A stretch of DNA of 63,065 nucleotides, filler included, from Folioceros fuciformis (taxonomy: Eukaryota): assembly GCA_049999805.1 (NCBI GenBank). It is 5 parts of 5 records of this genome, joined end to end, with 100 filler letters (N's around TTAATTAATTAA, not from the genome) between each part and the next. Parts side by side here need not be neighbours in the genome. Positions count along the whole stretch, not along the records: positions 10,001 to 28,043 come from JBNGIO010001258.1; 4 more parts are not named here. One strand, given 5' to 3'. Under the pieces are notes generated by a model that was not told where the DNA came from, made no database searches, and worked only from the letters and a program-made list of their open reading frames with translations. The position numbers were made by a program, and so were the translations under genes. Positions 12,872 through 27,611 of the stretch are shown here, piece after piece (position 1 is the first letter of the stretch; every line of letters begins with the position of its first letter).

Positions 12872-14814
12872 CTATTGCATCCTGGCAGGAGATAGTGACC
12901 GCAGAAAGTCCCCGCTTGCGGATATTCGTCGCTGCCGAGGTGAGAGGCAGGAGGCAACCATGTCGTCATCAGGAGGAAGAAGGGATTTTCGCTTCACATC
13001 ACGCTTTGCCCTGGCCGGAGACATGCAGTCGCTCAGTCTGTCCAAGTCCTCACCTTGCTGCTGACCACCACCCAAGGGGGATTGAGAAAGTATTCTCTGG
13101 GCTTCTGTGATCACGCAAGGGCTATCGTCTGACGCATACAGGATTCTTTGCACTGCCTGAACCACCTGCACAGTCTCAGCAAAAGATACGTTGGCTGAGT
13201 CAGAAGTCGATTATGGTTTGCTCTACAACCTTCATGATCTGATCGTTAGGGCTAGGCGATGGAGAGGGCAGTCACGCTTGTTGCTCGAATGAAACAACGC
13301 GTCCGGTAACGGGACTTACGGGTAATTGGGTGATATCAGAGCTCTGGCAAAGAATCTCTATGTCACGAAGCTTGGCGAAATAGAAGTCTCGCTCCTTCTC
13401 CAGACTGTCGACAGAGAGCTTCAACTCCGTGATCTGCAAATTCCGCACAGGGGCTACGATCAGGATGGGCGCTGTGCGGCAAGGATGGTCAGTATACATA
13501 GATGGGTTTGGTAGGTCTTTACTTGCTCATTCAGGGCCTGCATTTGGGCAGGAGCAAGAGCTGAATGTGGTATCAGAGCGGGCTTCGCAGTTTTAGTTGC
13601 TGCACACGGTCCACACAGCCAGTCAGAAAACCGTTAGGTTGGAAGGCATCCGGGCTGCCGTGCAAATCAGTAGAGTGTCTGCAGACCAGCAGTAGCTTCC
13701 GTTCGACGAAGCGAAGACGAAGGAGTCCCAGGTCTGCTCGCCGTCGAAGCAATCTTGCCTGACGGTGCTGACGGCGCACTGGGTGCAGCTGCCCTCTTGT
13801 TCACTTCCCTGCCTCCTTTGCATCCCTCTCTTCTCTCAGAAGGACTGTAACTGTCCGGCAGAAACAACTTTTCAGTTGTCAGTGGACATGGACACATGGT
13901 AGCTAGCCACCTGTCTACACACAACACACCCTAAAATTCCACATGCTGGCAAAACCTTTGGAAGACGCCCCCATTTATTGAATCGCAGTATCGCTTCATC
14001 CACTGCATGAATTCCAGGTTATCCAGGGGCCGGCCTTTCACAAGCTTGTTCACCTCGATGTACTGCGAAACCAGACACATCCACTGTCGTCAATTTCCCA
14101 GAGCGGGATGGCCAACCTCCACACCAGTACTACTACTCTTCTTCTGCATCTTGAATGCCTGAAACCTAACCTTCGAGATCTTGAGCTTGTTGAACACATC
14201 TTGAAGGACTTTATAGTTCTGAATCATTTCGTACTCTGACTTGGCGTCGAAATTCACCTGTCCGACAAGGCACGGTGAGCACTGCCCGTCTCCACAAACT
14301 TAGAAAACCGAGACCGTCCAAACAAATACCTTATGCATAGGTACAACCCCTGGGTGCGTGGCATCCATCAACTGGCAGGAAACAGCTCCGGAAGCGGACT
14401 GCAACAACAGATCATCCGTCACTAGATGAGCACGATAACCCTAACACCCCAGCAACACCACAACGGCCCCTCCCAACACACATTCCACACATCCCGGTCA
14501 ACGCAGGACAGCAAGCAAAACCGATTTCACATCCTCCATCTGCACCACAACACAGCAAACAAAAAGGCCAAAATGCCTCCAGTCCAGCACAATGCGCGCC
14601 AGCCACGCATTCACAAGACGGAATGCAGCACTCCACCCCATCGCCAGATGCAATCATCGCCCCGCACAGGCAACAAGACACGACCAGGGTCGAGCTCACG
14701 CACCTCCTCAACCTTGGTGAGGCTGAGCTGGAGCGTGGAGTTGATCCAAGACAGGATCTCCCCTCGACCCACGAAGTAGGCGGCGTCCATCATGCCTATG
14801 CTCGAGGCCGCCAT
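12872..14814 (-). CDS. EB1: Microtubule end-binding protein EB1 (multi-exon)
   Basis: CH domain [64 protein letters not shown] domain [27 protein letters not shown]. Confidence 0.96.
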
Positions 14815-15474
14815 GACGCTCTCAGGGTAAGGGCCTTGCGCGGAGAGGGAGACGATGTGGAAAAGCCTGGATTGCAAAGAACGTGGGACGCGTAAGGAGC
14901 CAAGGAACTGTGGCCTCTCCAAGTCGGAGTAGGGAAAGTGCAGTGGCTACTGCTCGAGCCCTGGAGAACAGGAAGCCTGGCCCGGCAGGGGAGGAGAGCC
15001 AATTTGAAAAAGGACCAAGAGGGGGAAAGAAAACGAGAGCCGTTGCAGGCCGCACGCCCCCTCAACTGATTCGCTTTCAAAGCATGCAGCAAAAGTTTAA
15101 ATTGCACCCAAGCCTGGTCCTAACCAGACCCTCCTTCCCGAGTTCCAAGTTCCTTCCTTCCCTTTTACCCACTGCTATAATTCCTACCTGAGACCATAAT
15201 ATGTATGTATGGATGCAAGTGAAAGTACTTGAGAACGTATTTAAGAAATCTCCAAATTCTTAAAACGAGAGCCAGATAACTAGCTAGACTAGGTAAGTAG
15301 CTACTAACTAGTTAACATAACTCGGATCGGAAACGTAAGGCGATATACATATACTTGGTCACAGCCGGCGTCCAGGAGCGGAATCCAGTCGCATGTGTTG
15401 GCGAGCGTGAGGTGTGGCTGATGAGCGGAGTTGTGTGGGGGACCTCGATGACAGCGCCGTTGCGAGGGACTGGG

Positions 15475-17275
<1,801 letters not shown>

Positions 17276-17641
17276 CTTCTAGCATCTCTTCAAGCTGTGG
17301 AGTCCAGCAGCCTAGTTATGAAGTCCTAATCGGGACTGAGGCGTGTACCACATAAAGCTGACGTCTGATACCTTTGCATCAGAACTGTGCTGTAGTATCA
17401 CTCTTGCAAATATGCACGTCTGGGCCTCCCATTGGTTCACCTGTGCCTAGAGAACTCAGCTGCGAAGCTGGGGATAAGCAAACAAGCCCGCTGCCGTCTA
17501 ACCGCAATCCGAGCCTGAGCCCCGGGCCACGCCTATCCACAACGAACTGCCCATCACTGACCCACCAGTCCCCGAAGCCGCCTCGTTTCGAGACGCCATT
17601 CGGACTGTGAATCGGGTCCCCGAGCGGTGAAAGGCGAAGCT

Positions 17642-19385
17642 ATGGCAGCGGCAACCGCAATGCAGGGAGCTGTAGTGGGCCTCGCCTCCTCCTCCTCCTC
17701 CTATTCCTCAGCAGCTCAGAAATACAGGCGGCCCGCTCTGGCCTCGGCCTTCCGGATTGACCCCAAGTCTTTCAAGGCACAGCTACATTTGGGATCTTCT
17801 TCCGCAATCTGGGCGGACTTCCACCTCTCCCAGCCTCTGGCAGCTTCCGGCAGAGCAGCCAGAAGAGCAGTTGGGGTCAGGGCGGCTGCGGAAGCGGCGG
17901 GGTCCAAGAAGGTGCTGATCATCAACACGGATGGCGGGGGCCACGCTATCATCGCTGCTTGGACAGCCAAGGAGCTCCAGGAGCTCGGCCACTCGGTCTC
18001 AATCCTGACCATAGGCGAGGAGGGATCCAGCAAGATGAAGAAGCTTCCCTACAGCGAGTATGGCGTGAGTTCACCACTTTGTTCTTATATCCCGTTCCCT
18101 GCACTCTACTGCTGGAATTGCAGCACACAGTTGTCTGAATGTGGTTGGCAATGCGCTTCCATGCGATGAAGAAACTCCGTGAGCTGGGAGTGCAAACCAT
18201 CTGGGGGAATCCAGCAGACGTTGCTGCTGCGGTTGGAACGGCTACCTTCGATGTGGTGCTCGAGAACAATGGCAAAGACCTGGACACTGTGAAGTACGTT
18301 GTCAGATTGGTTACACTTGTGTTCAAATTGGACATCTGTTGGAGGCATGTGTTTCTGGGAGAGGAAATGGAGAGCACTAGGCTGAGCGTCGAGCACTTGC
18401 CTGTCCTACTCCAGACCTGCGCTGGACTGGGCACAAGCAAGTGGTGTGGAGCAATACCTGTTTATCAGTAGTGCTGGGATCTACAAGACCTCTTACGAGC
18501 CGCCTCATGTTGAAGGGGTAAGCAAGGCTTCTTTTGCTGGCAGAGTTCTGGATGATCGTCTGCACGCAGTCTGGTAACAGTCTTGGTTGCCGCAGGACCC
18601 TGTGAAGAGTGACGCAGGCCATGTGAAGGTGGAGGAGTATCTGCAGCAATCGTCTTTCAAAAGCTGGGCTAGCTTCCGGCCCCAGTACATGATCGGCCAC
18701 GGTAACAACAAAGAGGCTGAAGAATGGTTCTTTGACAGTAAGTCTCCATCCAACCGCGAGCCCAGGTCCAGCCGACCCTACCCTACGGAATTTTGTCGGT
18801 TGCAGATGTTGGATTGTGCTAATACCTTGCCTGGCGCAGGGATTGTGAGAGATAGACCGGTGCCCATTCCAGCCCCTGGGATCCAAGTAACCAACATTGC
18901 TCACGTGAGAGATCTTTCCAGTCTGCTGGTTCTGGCGGTGCAGAAACCCGAAGCCGCAAACAAACAGATCTTCAACAGCGTCAGTGACCGCTCTGTAACA
19001 TTCGATGGCCTGGTGCGATTGGCAGCTAAAGCTGTGGGGAAGGAGGCCAAAATCCTCCACTACAACCCTAAAGCTGTGGGAGTTGATGAGAAGAAGGCCT
19101 TCCTTTACAGAAACCAGGTACCCTGGCTGGCTTCGAGTCTCCCCTAGTTTGTAGCTTGCCTCACACATTGTCCGAAACTTACGATCACTGCGGCTGCTGT
19201 TCCTACAACAGCACTTCTATGCAGAGCCCAGGGCGGCCAAGGAAATTCTGGGATGGACGAGCAAGACGAATCTTCAGCAGGACCTTGTGGAGCGGTTCCA
19301 AGAGTATGTTGCAAGCGGCAGGGACAAGAAAGACTTGACATTTGAGCTGGACGACAAGATCATTGCCTTCGTCAATAATCAGTAG
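17642..19385 (+). CDS. CSP41a: Chloroplast stem-loop binding protein of 41 kDa (atypical SDR/epimerase fold)
   Basis: Ser/Ala-rich transit peptide; [49 protein letters not shown]...[32 protein letters not shown]. Confidence 0.93.
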
Positions 19386-19613
19386 GCTCGTTCCGAGGTC
19401 TGCCGTGATTAAACTCAGACCAGTGCTGTGTAACAACTAATTAATTGATGTCGTCCTTTGCTTACTCTCCCTGGTTACGGGTACTACTCAGACGGAGCCT
19501 TTCTTGTGGTTAGTTCTCCGGAGCAGCCAAGATAGCATTGATGGGTTTTGTGTGTCAAAAAAATGATACAAGGAAGGAAGAGTGCACGATGAAAGCATGT
19601 ACAACAGCTTTCG

Positions 19614-20936
19614 TTATTGCTGAATCTTTGCGGAGAGGAGAAAAGGCAACGAATGGAGCCCCGGATTATCCATGCTGTCCAGTTCCAGCTCCATGACGTC
19701 GGGGCTATTCTTGGCCTTGATTGGGGCGGCCTTGCTGAAGTTGGTATTCTTCTCAGCAAGAGGAATCCTAGACTCTTCCGCAGCAGTCTGTTGTTTACCC
19801 TTCTTCGCCCGTACACGTTCTTTGGCATCAGGCATTTCCGATATCAAAGCCAACAACCTCTTCCCTTGGGATTGTCCAGTTGAGGAAACCTTGTCCGAAT
19901 TCTTGAGGAATTCCTTCAGGTCGGCAGACGTCAAGTACTTAGCATGTCTCTTCACAGGCTCCTCTGCCTCTTCCGGCTTGCCCATGACATACTGAACGGC
20001 GCCCTTTGTCCTGTGTGCGAGCGGGTTGCTGATCTTACCCCCTCGCAGTTCAGCCCGGTTAGTTTTCAATTTTCGTAGAGCTTCCGCGGCATGGTAAGCA
20101 CAATTCTCGCCCTGCCTCCTGTCCAGCACCACATTGCAGGGAGTGCCGTCCTTCCTCGTCCCCTTGCAGACACCGTAGTCAAGCGCGGTGCCTATTCTCA
20201 TCACATGCCCCCGGCTGAAGACACTTAGACATACATCCCTGTTCTCCTGCCTGCTCTTGGCATTAAAGATAGCCACCATGCTCCCGACTGGATGCTTCCA
20301 GTGGTGCGTATATGCCTCCCCAAACAGAAAGACCGAGATGACAGTTCCGTCCAAAGAGGTCAGCTTCCACACCACATAATTTTTCCCTGCAGAGCTCAAC
20401 CTAGGGTTTGCCTTCTCCGCCACGATGCCTATGGTAGCCCAGGCGCCTTTGATGCTCTCCCGCATCATAGCGCTCTTAATTCCTTGCAGCCTGAGGAACC
20501 TCATCTCCGACAGCTTGACGGCAAGATCCGCAGGAGACACCAGCTGGTCCTTGATCCTCAGCCCCGAATGCCTCTCCAAGTATCCGCCACCGACCTGTGC
20601 CTGCGAATGCACCACCCGCAGCTTCGCAGTGGCCAGGGCAGCTCCAGCTCCGGCTCCAGCGACCACATCCTTGAATGCCGCCATGCTCACAGGCTGCCTC
20701 GCCTTCGGCCGCTCCTCGTCCGAGCAGTATTCAAGAACACGCTCCCCTCTGCCATCGCCGGGGACGCTCTCATTGCCGCCACTCGCATCCTCCCTTGCAG
20801 GAGACCCGGGCGGGGTCTCAGGCACTCCCCCGGCCTCCATGAGCTCCAGCAGCAGATCCAAGCCGCCATCGCCAACAATGCGCGCTCCTTCGCCAACCCC
20901 ACCGGCGTCGGCAACAACATCGTTCCCGCCGGACAT
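19614..20936 (-). CDS. MCM10: DNA replication factor MCM10, single exon
   Basis: LERHSGLRIKDQLVS, OB-fold WATIGIVAEK...SSAGKNYVVWKL...SVFLFGEAY, CCCH zinc motif GVCKGTRKDGTPCNVVLD...CAYH. Confidence 0.92.
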   Translation of the reverse strand: MSGGNDVVADAGGVGEGARIVGDGGLDLLLELMEAGGVPETPPGSPAREDASGGNESVPGDGRGERVLEYCSDEERPKARQPVSMAAFKDVVAGAGAGAALATAKLRVVHSQAQVGGGYLERHSGLRIKDQLVSPADLAVKLSEMRFLRLQGIKSAMMRESIKGAWATIGIVAEKANPRLSSAGKNYVVWKLTSLDGTVISVFLFGEAYTHHWKHPVGSMVAIFNAKSRQENRDVCLSVFSRGHVMRIGTALDYGVCKGTRKDGTPCNVVLDRRQGENCAYHAAEALRKLKTNRAELRGGKISNPLAHRTKGAVQYVMGKPEEAEEPVKRHAKYLTSADLKEFLKNSDKVSSTGQSQGKRLLALISEMPDAKERVRAKKGKQQTAAEESRIPLAEKNTNFSKAAPIKAKNSPDVMELELDSMDNPGLHSLPFLLSAKIQQ

Positions 20937-21933
20937 CGCGAGAATTCACGCTCCCGAATCCAATGTGCGCATCATATACACTGCAGTCTCGGCGGGAGAG
21001 AAAAACCGAAGGGATTTGATTAAGGCGCTGCGACAGCTTAATACGGGAACCAGAATGTGACCTTATCTCAATGGCGGTGGCAGGAAGATGTAGGCTGGTT
21101 GAACGTGGTTGGATAAAGGCGGGAAGCAACATCTGGTCCTGCTGTCGTATCGTCACGGATTGGAAAGCGGCAAAGCGTTTCCACATGGTATCGCTATTGT
21201 AAGTGTGTACGCTGACTGGCGAGGGACTCTCGGAAATGTCGCTTCTCCATGAAGCGGTGAGGAGCCGGGAGGTTCATGAATTCGAGCAGCTCCCCTTCCG
21301 GTTTTTACTGGAGCGCTGGGAGCAAATTTGATGATTTTGTACGAGGATCAATTTGTGGAGGTTCCGCAAGTCATGGGATGCTGGCGGAGATATGTCACGG
21401 GCCTGACTGGAAGGTTTTGAATGGAGGCAGACAGGGCGTAGCAGGAAGTGAGGGGGATCCCTCCCCTGACCAGTTTGATGTCTTCCCTTCCAAATGGAAC
21501 GAGCGACGGTGACTATATGGGGAGGTCATTGCCCAGGCAGACAAGGAGCAAGAGTCTGTGGATTTGCCTGTGGCTGCCATGCTGTTAGTTCACGAGTTCG
21601 TGGTCCAGCCAAGGAAAGACAATCGGAGGTCACGGCCAGTACAGGTTCATTTGCGCTTGCTCCATACGGGAAGCAGGTGCAACATGGAAGCAGCAATGAG
21701 CATTGTTGTGCGTCGCACGCCCCGGATGTGAGGAAGGGGTGGTGTAGGCACTCCATCCGGGCTGGCCCTGTTGAAATGAGGTATTTTTACTGATTCAGGC
21801 ACCATGGGTGCGTGCTTTTTTCTGCTTGGGAATGTGAAAGGGGAGTCACATTTGTGTTCCTAACTGCAGGTCGCTAGAGCCTCCTGGGGCTTGTTTCGCG
21901 TATTTGTCGAATGCCAGGGGCCAGTCCAACAAG

Positions 21934-23649
21934 ATGGAGCGGTTAATGTGGAAAGTGAGATTGGCTCCCAACAGGAGAACTTCGCATGTTTCGAGAGGAG
22001 GATGCAGAAGGGTCCATTGCTTTGCTATTACCTATCAGCAACAGCGTCAAGGCGTGTCTAACTTGGAAAACTTGTACATGGGGGTCCCGGTTAGGCAGTA
22101 CTTCTACGCAGGTGAGGAAAGGATATCGCAGGCTGCTAAGGTGGTGGAGCTCCTAGAGAGTTGCTCTGTATGGGAACCCAGTGTGGAGAAGGCCCTTGAG
22201 GAGCTGGACTTGACCGTGGATACGTATGTTGTGAATGAAGCATTGAGACAGTTGAGTCGTGCGGATATGGCTATGAGCTTCTTTAGGTGGGCCGAGGCAC
22301 AGGAGGGTTTCGAGGTACGGTCACACACGTTCAACATCCTGGTTAAGATTTTAGGGAATGCGCAGCAGTTTGACAGAATGTGGGACCTTCTGGAGGAGAT
22401 GCTGGTGAGAGGGTTTGAGCTTAGCACGGTGACTTTCAACACCGTAATTGCCAGCTTCGGGAAGGCTGAGCTACTGGACCAAGCTGTAGAGGCGTTTGAG
22501 CAGGTGAGCAACTTCGGATGCGTTCCAGATGTTGTTACATACACGACTCTCATCGACCATCTGCTGAAGGCCAAAGCACCCAAGAGGGCCTACCTCATGT
22601 ACCAACAGATGCTGGATGCTGAGTGTGCACCCAACGGGTACACCATGAACAGCTTGATCACCGGGCTGTGCAGGCTGGGACAGGTGTTTGATGCGCTCAG
22701 AGTGTTCAAGGAAATGAAGGCTCAAAAGATTGCTCCCACTCTCTTGTCTTACAAGTGTCTCATCCATAGTTTGGTGAAGTTGCAAAAAGTGAAGTTGGCT
22801 CACAGGCTATTCCTGGAAATGAAGGAGGCAGGCCTCGTCCCAAATCTCATCTTCTACAACATGCTGCTAAATGGGTTTGGCAGGACGAAACAGGTGGATG
22901 ATGCCCTGGAGCTGTTCAAGGACATGGAATCCTACCAGATTGTTCCGGGCAGCCATACTGTGAACATCCTCATGGAGGCCCTCGGGAAGTCCAACAGGAC
23001 GGACGAGGCTATAACACTTTTCAACAAGATGGAAGAGTACGGTCTGGAGGCCGATGTGAAGTCCTACACCATCATCATAGACAGTCTGGGTAAGGCAGGT
23101 CGGGTGGCAGAGGCCTGCCAGTTCTTCGAGGAGATGATCAAGCGAGGCTGCAAACCCAACGTGGTGACCTACAACTGCCTTATCGACGCCTTCGGTACAT
23201 CAGGTCGGATGAATGCTGCTCTGGAGCTCTTCAGGATGATGAAGAAGGAAGGTCTGCAGCCCAGTGTGGTGACGTATGGCACCCTCTTCTCCTCCCTTGA
23301 CAGAGCCGGGAGAATAGTGGAAGCGTGTCCTCTCTTGGAGGAAATGAAAGCCACCAACTGCCTGCCCAACTTCATCGCCTGCCATGTCTTGCTCTACGGC
23401 CTGGGAAAGGCTGGAGAAGGTAAAGAGGCACGCAAAGTGTTAGAAACCTTCAGGCACTGGCGGTGCGTCCCTGCCGAGCTACCATACAGCAGCCTGTGTG
23501 AAGGGCTCCGTCAAGCAGGCTGCTTCGACGAGGTCGAGAAGTTGGAGGAGGAGATGAAGCTCATGGTGGGATCCAGCGGTTCCACCGCTTCCAGCCTCGT
23601 CAAGTATCGGAGCCAGTGGCCGCAATCCAGACAGCTTCCAGCAGAGTAG
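21934..23649 (+). CDS. P-class pentatricopeptide repeat protein, probably organelle-targeted
   Basis: About 11 tandem 35-aa repeats (e.g. PDVVTYTTLIDHL, PNVVTYNCLIDAFG); Arg-rich N-terminus; no E/DYW domain. ATG at 21934 follows an acceptor-like site near 21869. Confidence 0.92.
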   Translation: MERLMWKVRLAPNRRTSHVSRGGCRRVHCFAITYQQQRQGVSNLENLYMGVPVRQYFYAGEERISQAAKVVELLESCSVWEPSVEKALEELDLTVDTYVVNEALRQLSRADMAMSFFRWAEAQEGFEVRSHTFNILVKILGNAQQFDRMWDLLEEMLVRGFELSTVTFNTVIASFGKAELLDQAVEAFEQVSNFGCVPDVVTYTTLIDHLLKAKAPKRAYLMYQQMLDAECAPNGYTMNSLITGLCRLGQVFDALRVFKEMKAQKIAPTLLSYKCLIHSLVKLQKVKLAHRLFLEMKEAGLVPNLIFYNMLLNGFGRTKQVDDALELFKDMESYQIVPGSHTVNILMEALGKSNRTDEAITLFNKMEEYGLEADVKSYTIIIDSLGKAGRVAEACQFFEEMIKRGCKPNVVTYNCLIDAFGTSGRMNAALELFRMMKKEGLQPSVVTYGTLFSSLDRAGRIVEACPLLEEMKATNCLPNFIACHVLLYGLGKAGEGKEARKVLETFRHWRCVPAELPYSSLCEGLRQAGCFDEVEKLEEEMKLMVGSSGSTASSLVKYRSQWPQSRQLPAE

Positions 23650-26600
23650 TCAGAAGTACAAATTTGTAGAGGATAGATCCATGGAAGCATCTCTGACAGG
23701 GCACCATGTTGGCTCTGACCGCTGCCAAGACAGGTGTAGGAAAATCAGGAAAAGGCGCCAGCTAGCTCTTGTTTTTTTCTTTTCTTCATACATACAATGC
23801 CGCCGAATCGTATGTACGTGAAAAAGAAAATTGCGGCAGATACCTGACAAAAGACTCATGAATGCCGTTCTTTACACACGCATACAGAAACTAGTGAGTT
23901 ATAACCGCGAGTGCTTCTTATGTGGCGGGCTGCGAATACGCTACGATGTTTGAAAATGACGCACAGACAAACCGGAAGCGCGGCGAGCGAAACGAGGTAA
24001 AGCAAAGTCCGGCATGGCCCAGCGGCATCGGCAGCAACAAGCGTCAGAGTGGACGATAGATAGGCAGAAGAGTACGCATGACCAAAAGAAGAGTGTTTGT
24101 CCATGTAGCAAAGAAGGCAAAATCCGCTGCCAGTTCTCGTCTGCCTCGCCAAGGCGGCAACAGAACACAGCCACAACAATGAATTGAATGAGTGGCGAGC
24201 GAGTCAGTAAAGAGGAACAAGCAAGCACCGAGCACAGGCGACGCTAGCATGATCCATGGCGATAACTACCTAACCTAACACCGGGAGCACTGTTTCAGGA
24301 CCTTGAGGAGCTTCATTCCCAGGAAGCAGGCCGAACTTATCCGGCCCGTCCCCGAACAGATCAGGCGGGGCGAGAATCATTGTACAAGGGAGGGCGGCCT
24401 AACGTGATGGAAAGGTGGCGACGACGACGACAACCAGTATCAGCAGCTCTCAGTAGTACAACAAAACGATGGCAGTAGTAGTAGCGGCAGCTCCACCACG
24501 CTGCGACTTGCTCCAGTCGACAACCTCTGGCCCCACCGGAGCGCCGCAGCAAGCATGGACACGCAACGCTCGTTCGCCTTCAATTCGGTGCAGCAAGCCT
24601 TCCGAGCGCGGAGAAAACGCACACTCCCTGCCTCGCCCCCGGCTGCCGGGATCGCAACAAATCGTTTCTTCACCTCAGCAGGTCCTGCCACTACCGCTGA
24701 TCTGTGGCCAGAACGATCGGTCGCGAAGCCCCGAGCACGCACATCCACACCGAGACTCAAACCGCGGCCCTCCGCAGGCTCCCATCGATGAAAAACGGAG
24801 CCAGCAGCCGCGTCAAAGCTGCCTCCTGCGACCTCCTCCTCCTCCTCCAAGAAGCATCGCACCAGCAGCCGCACCGCACTCCGAACTCCGACCAAGGCGA
24901 GAAGCAGCGACAGCGCGACGAAATTCGCTCGAACGAAGCTCAATTCCGATGTAGTCGCCGGCGCCATGGCCGGCGTTTTCCCGCGCAATGCCGCCGCTCC
25001 TCCCTCTCCGCGCAGCAGCAGGAGGAGCGGGAGAGGCCACAGACGCAGCAACATCAGGGAGCCAGCATGCGCGAGCCGGGGACCGCAGAAGCAGCAGGAG
25101 CGCAAGGCGGAATAGGCGCGTGGGAGAGGAGACGGCAGACAGCCGTGAACGAGCCGTCCCGCCTGCTCCCGCACTACCGCAGGCGCATGCGCCCGCGCGT
25201 ATGCTCCGGCTCCCGGCCAGACGTCACCATCGCCAAGCCCCGGCTGCTGCTGCTGCTGATGCGAGGCAGACGCAGGCAGGGGCAGAGGCGCAGGCACTGC
25301 AGGCACTGCAGGCGCAGGCTCAGGCCCAGGCGACGCAGGCGCGGCAGCGGCAGAGGTGCCGGCTCCGACTCCGGCTCCGGCCGCGCGCATGATGCAGATG
25401 CGGAATGCCCTAACTGCGGACTGTCCTGGGCGCCTGAGGACAATCAGTGCGGCAGGCGCCTGGCTCAGCCTGGCTGGCTGCCTGGCCCAATCCTCATAAA
25501 GCGCAAAAAGCCTGTGTAGCTACGTAAAAGATTGTGCTCCTCTGGATCCCAGATTTTCCCCTCGTCTCCTGCTCTAACGTGGCCAATGCCGGTCTTCATC
25601 ATGCATCGGCCACCCTCTTCGACTTCCGCGTCCACTCCCCCCATTTTGCCCCCTGGAGGCATCCTAGGCCCGGGCCATGCCTGGCCCTGGCCCTTTTCTG
25701 TACTTGCCTCCTTTCCTTCCTCACTCCCCTCCTTCCCTTGCCCATGAGCATATTCCCATCTCCCACAATCAACAAACAAACAAGAGGCACATTTTCTATC
25801 ATATTTTAGCTTCCTCACAACCCCATATCCTCCTGTAGGGATTACATTACAAGCCCTTCGTCTCAGGCCCCGCCGGGGGAGATTAGCATGGAGTACGTGC
25901 TCCCGCTCTCATCTACACCATTTCCTGCCATGGCAAAATTGATGAAATGGTGGTGAAGTTGTTATGGGGCTTGGAAGCGATTGCATGTTCATGTGAAAGC
26001 GTGGAAAGGAAAGTGGAAACAGCGGGCAGGAGGAGTATGATCAAGGCAAGTGGGGGGGTGTGCTTACCCGATGTGGGTGACGTCGGGTTGGGGCAAGGTG
26101 TGGAGTGAAGGTGATTTGGATGACCATGGTGGGTGAAAAAGACAGAGGGAAAAGAGAAGGGATAGCAGGATGGAAGCCATGGTTGGCCGATGATTGGGCG
26201 GAACCCGGGAAGACGGAGCAGTTGTGGACTGTGGGCGGGGCGGGTCTGCCGCAGGCTCCATGGAGGCTGCAGACCAGGGAGGGCCCGTAACCTACGCTAT
26301 CATGGGGGCCGTATGGTGTAACTGCCATGGCTGGATGGCACGGGAGAGAGGGGACCGTAACGCCGAGACAGACAAGGGCTATTCATCTCGTGGTTCGTCA
26401 CGGCAGGTGAGACCGTGAGACGGGGAGGCAAGCAAGCCTGTACTCTTGATCACATCAAGTGGACACGGCCGGGAGCCTGGAGACTGGAGCCTGGAGGAAG
26501 GTAGCTTGTACTGGACAGTTACACATACTCACACATAGGCAGCTGAGGCAGTGGATGGATCATGGACCGGAGAGGACTTTGCTGGAGTCTGTTACTGTTA

Positions 26601-27611
26601 GAGCACACCAGTCCTGCGCATCATGGATGGTACAGTACAGTACCGGCCTCCCAAGTGTGTGATGGATGCGCCGAGGTCAAGGAAAGTCGTGCTGTCCGTT
26701 GCACTGCTGGAGCCTGTGGGCGATGGGGACTCTCACTGGGTGAAGGATGATGGCGTCGCTCTGGCTTCTTGTGGCAGCAAGAAGGAGGAGGGTGTGGATT
26801 TGTGGACATGGGTTATTTTAAAAAAATTGTGGACAGGAACGGAAGAGCAGGAGACAGGAGAACTTCGTCGGGCGGGTGGGAGTGCCTGACTGACCTGGGC
26901 TTTGCCAGCCTTTGCGATGGATTGCCTTTCCGCGCCTTTCTTGAAACCTCATCATGCTGGCCGGAAGACATTCTATCCTCCAGGGAAATTGAGTGCCCAG
27001 GCAGTTGGTGATCAGCAATTCGGGAGGAGTAAAAGCTGGGGCTCACCGGCACGCATGCCTTTCCTCATGCCAGAAGCAAAGGTAGGGCGGGATGGAGGAG
27101 GACGGGGTTGGTGGGTACAGCATACCGGGCCGAGTACGTACATAAACATGACGAAGAGCAATGAGCAAAACAGGGGATGCTCGGACTAAGTACCTCCCAT
27201 TTTGAGTGGAGTGCGGCACTCATCTTTTGCATTCCAAGCTAACGGGCATGGACTGCCTGACTCATTCACACGCTGCTCCTATCACTCAATGCTGAACCAG
27301 ACAGAGCACGTTACAGACTACAATAGCAATCAGGCAGACGAGGGTTTCACTCGTCAACCTGCCGTCCCTGCTTCCTCTTCCTCTTCCGTCCTGCTCTCCT
27401 TCCGACCTACCCAACACATGGTGAGTGCCTGCTATCATGTGCAAAAAGGGCCGGAACCCACACCCTTGGCACAGGCATTCCTCATTCCCACCTCCAGGAC
27501 ATGCAATTCAGGTGTCCTAGGAAAATCATGGCAGGCCTCGTAAACATCGTGCCGCTTTCTTCTTGGCTCGGCACCTGCACTCCACCATCATGTTGCCACC
27601 CCGCACAGCCC

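Noticed and set aside
24295..24323. miR166 target-mimic-like site on the minus strand (GGGAATGAAGC...GGTCC)
   Set aside because: Only 11 contiguous matches, the bulge is too large and misplaced, and the seed pairing is broken. Matches of this length are expected by chance.
25880..25891. AGATTAGCATGG match to U6 snRNA
   Set aside because: 12 nt only; the flanks lack the ACAGAG box and the rest of U6.
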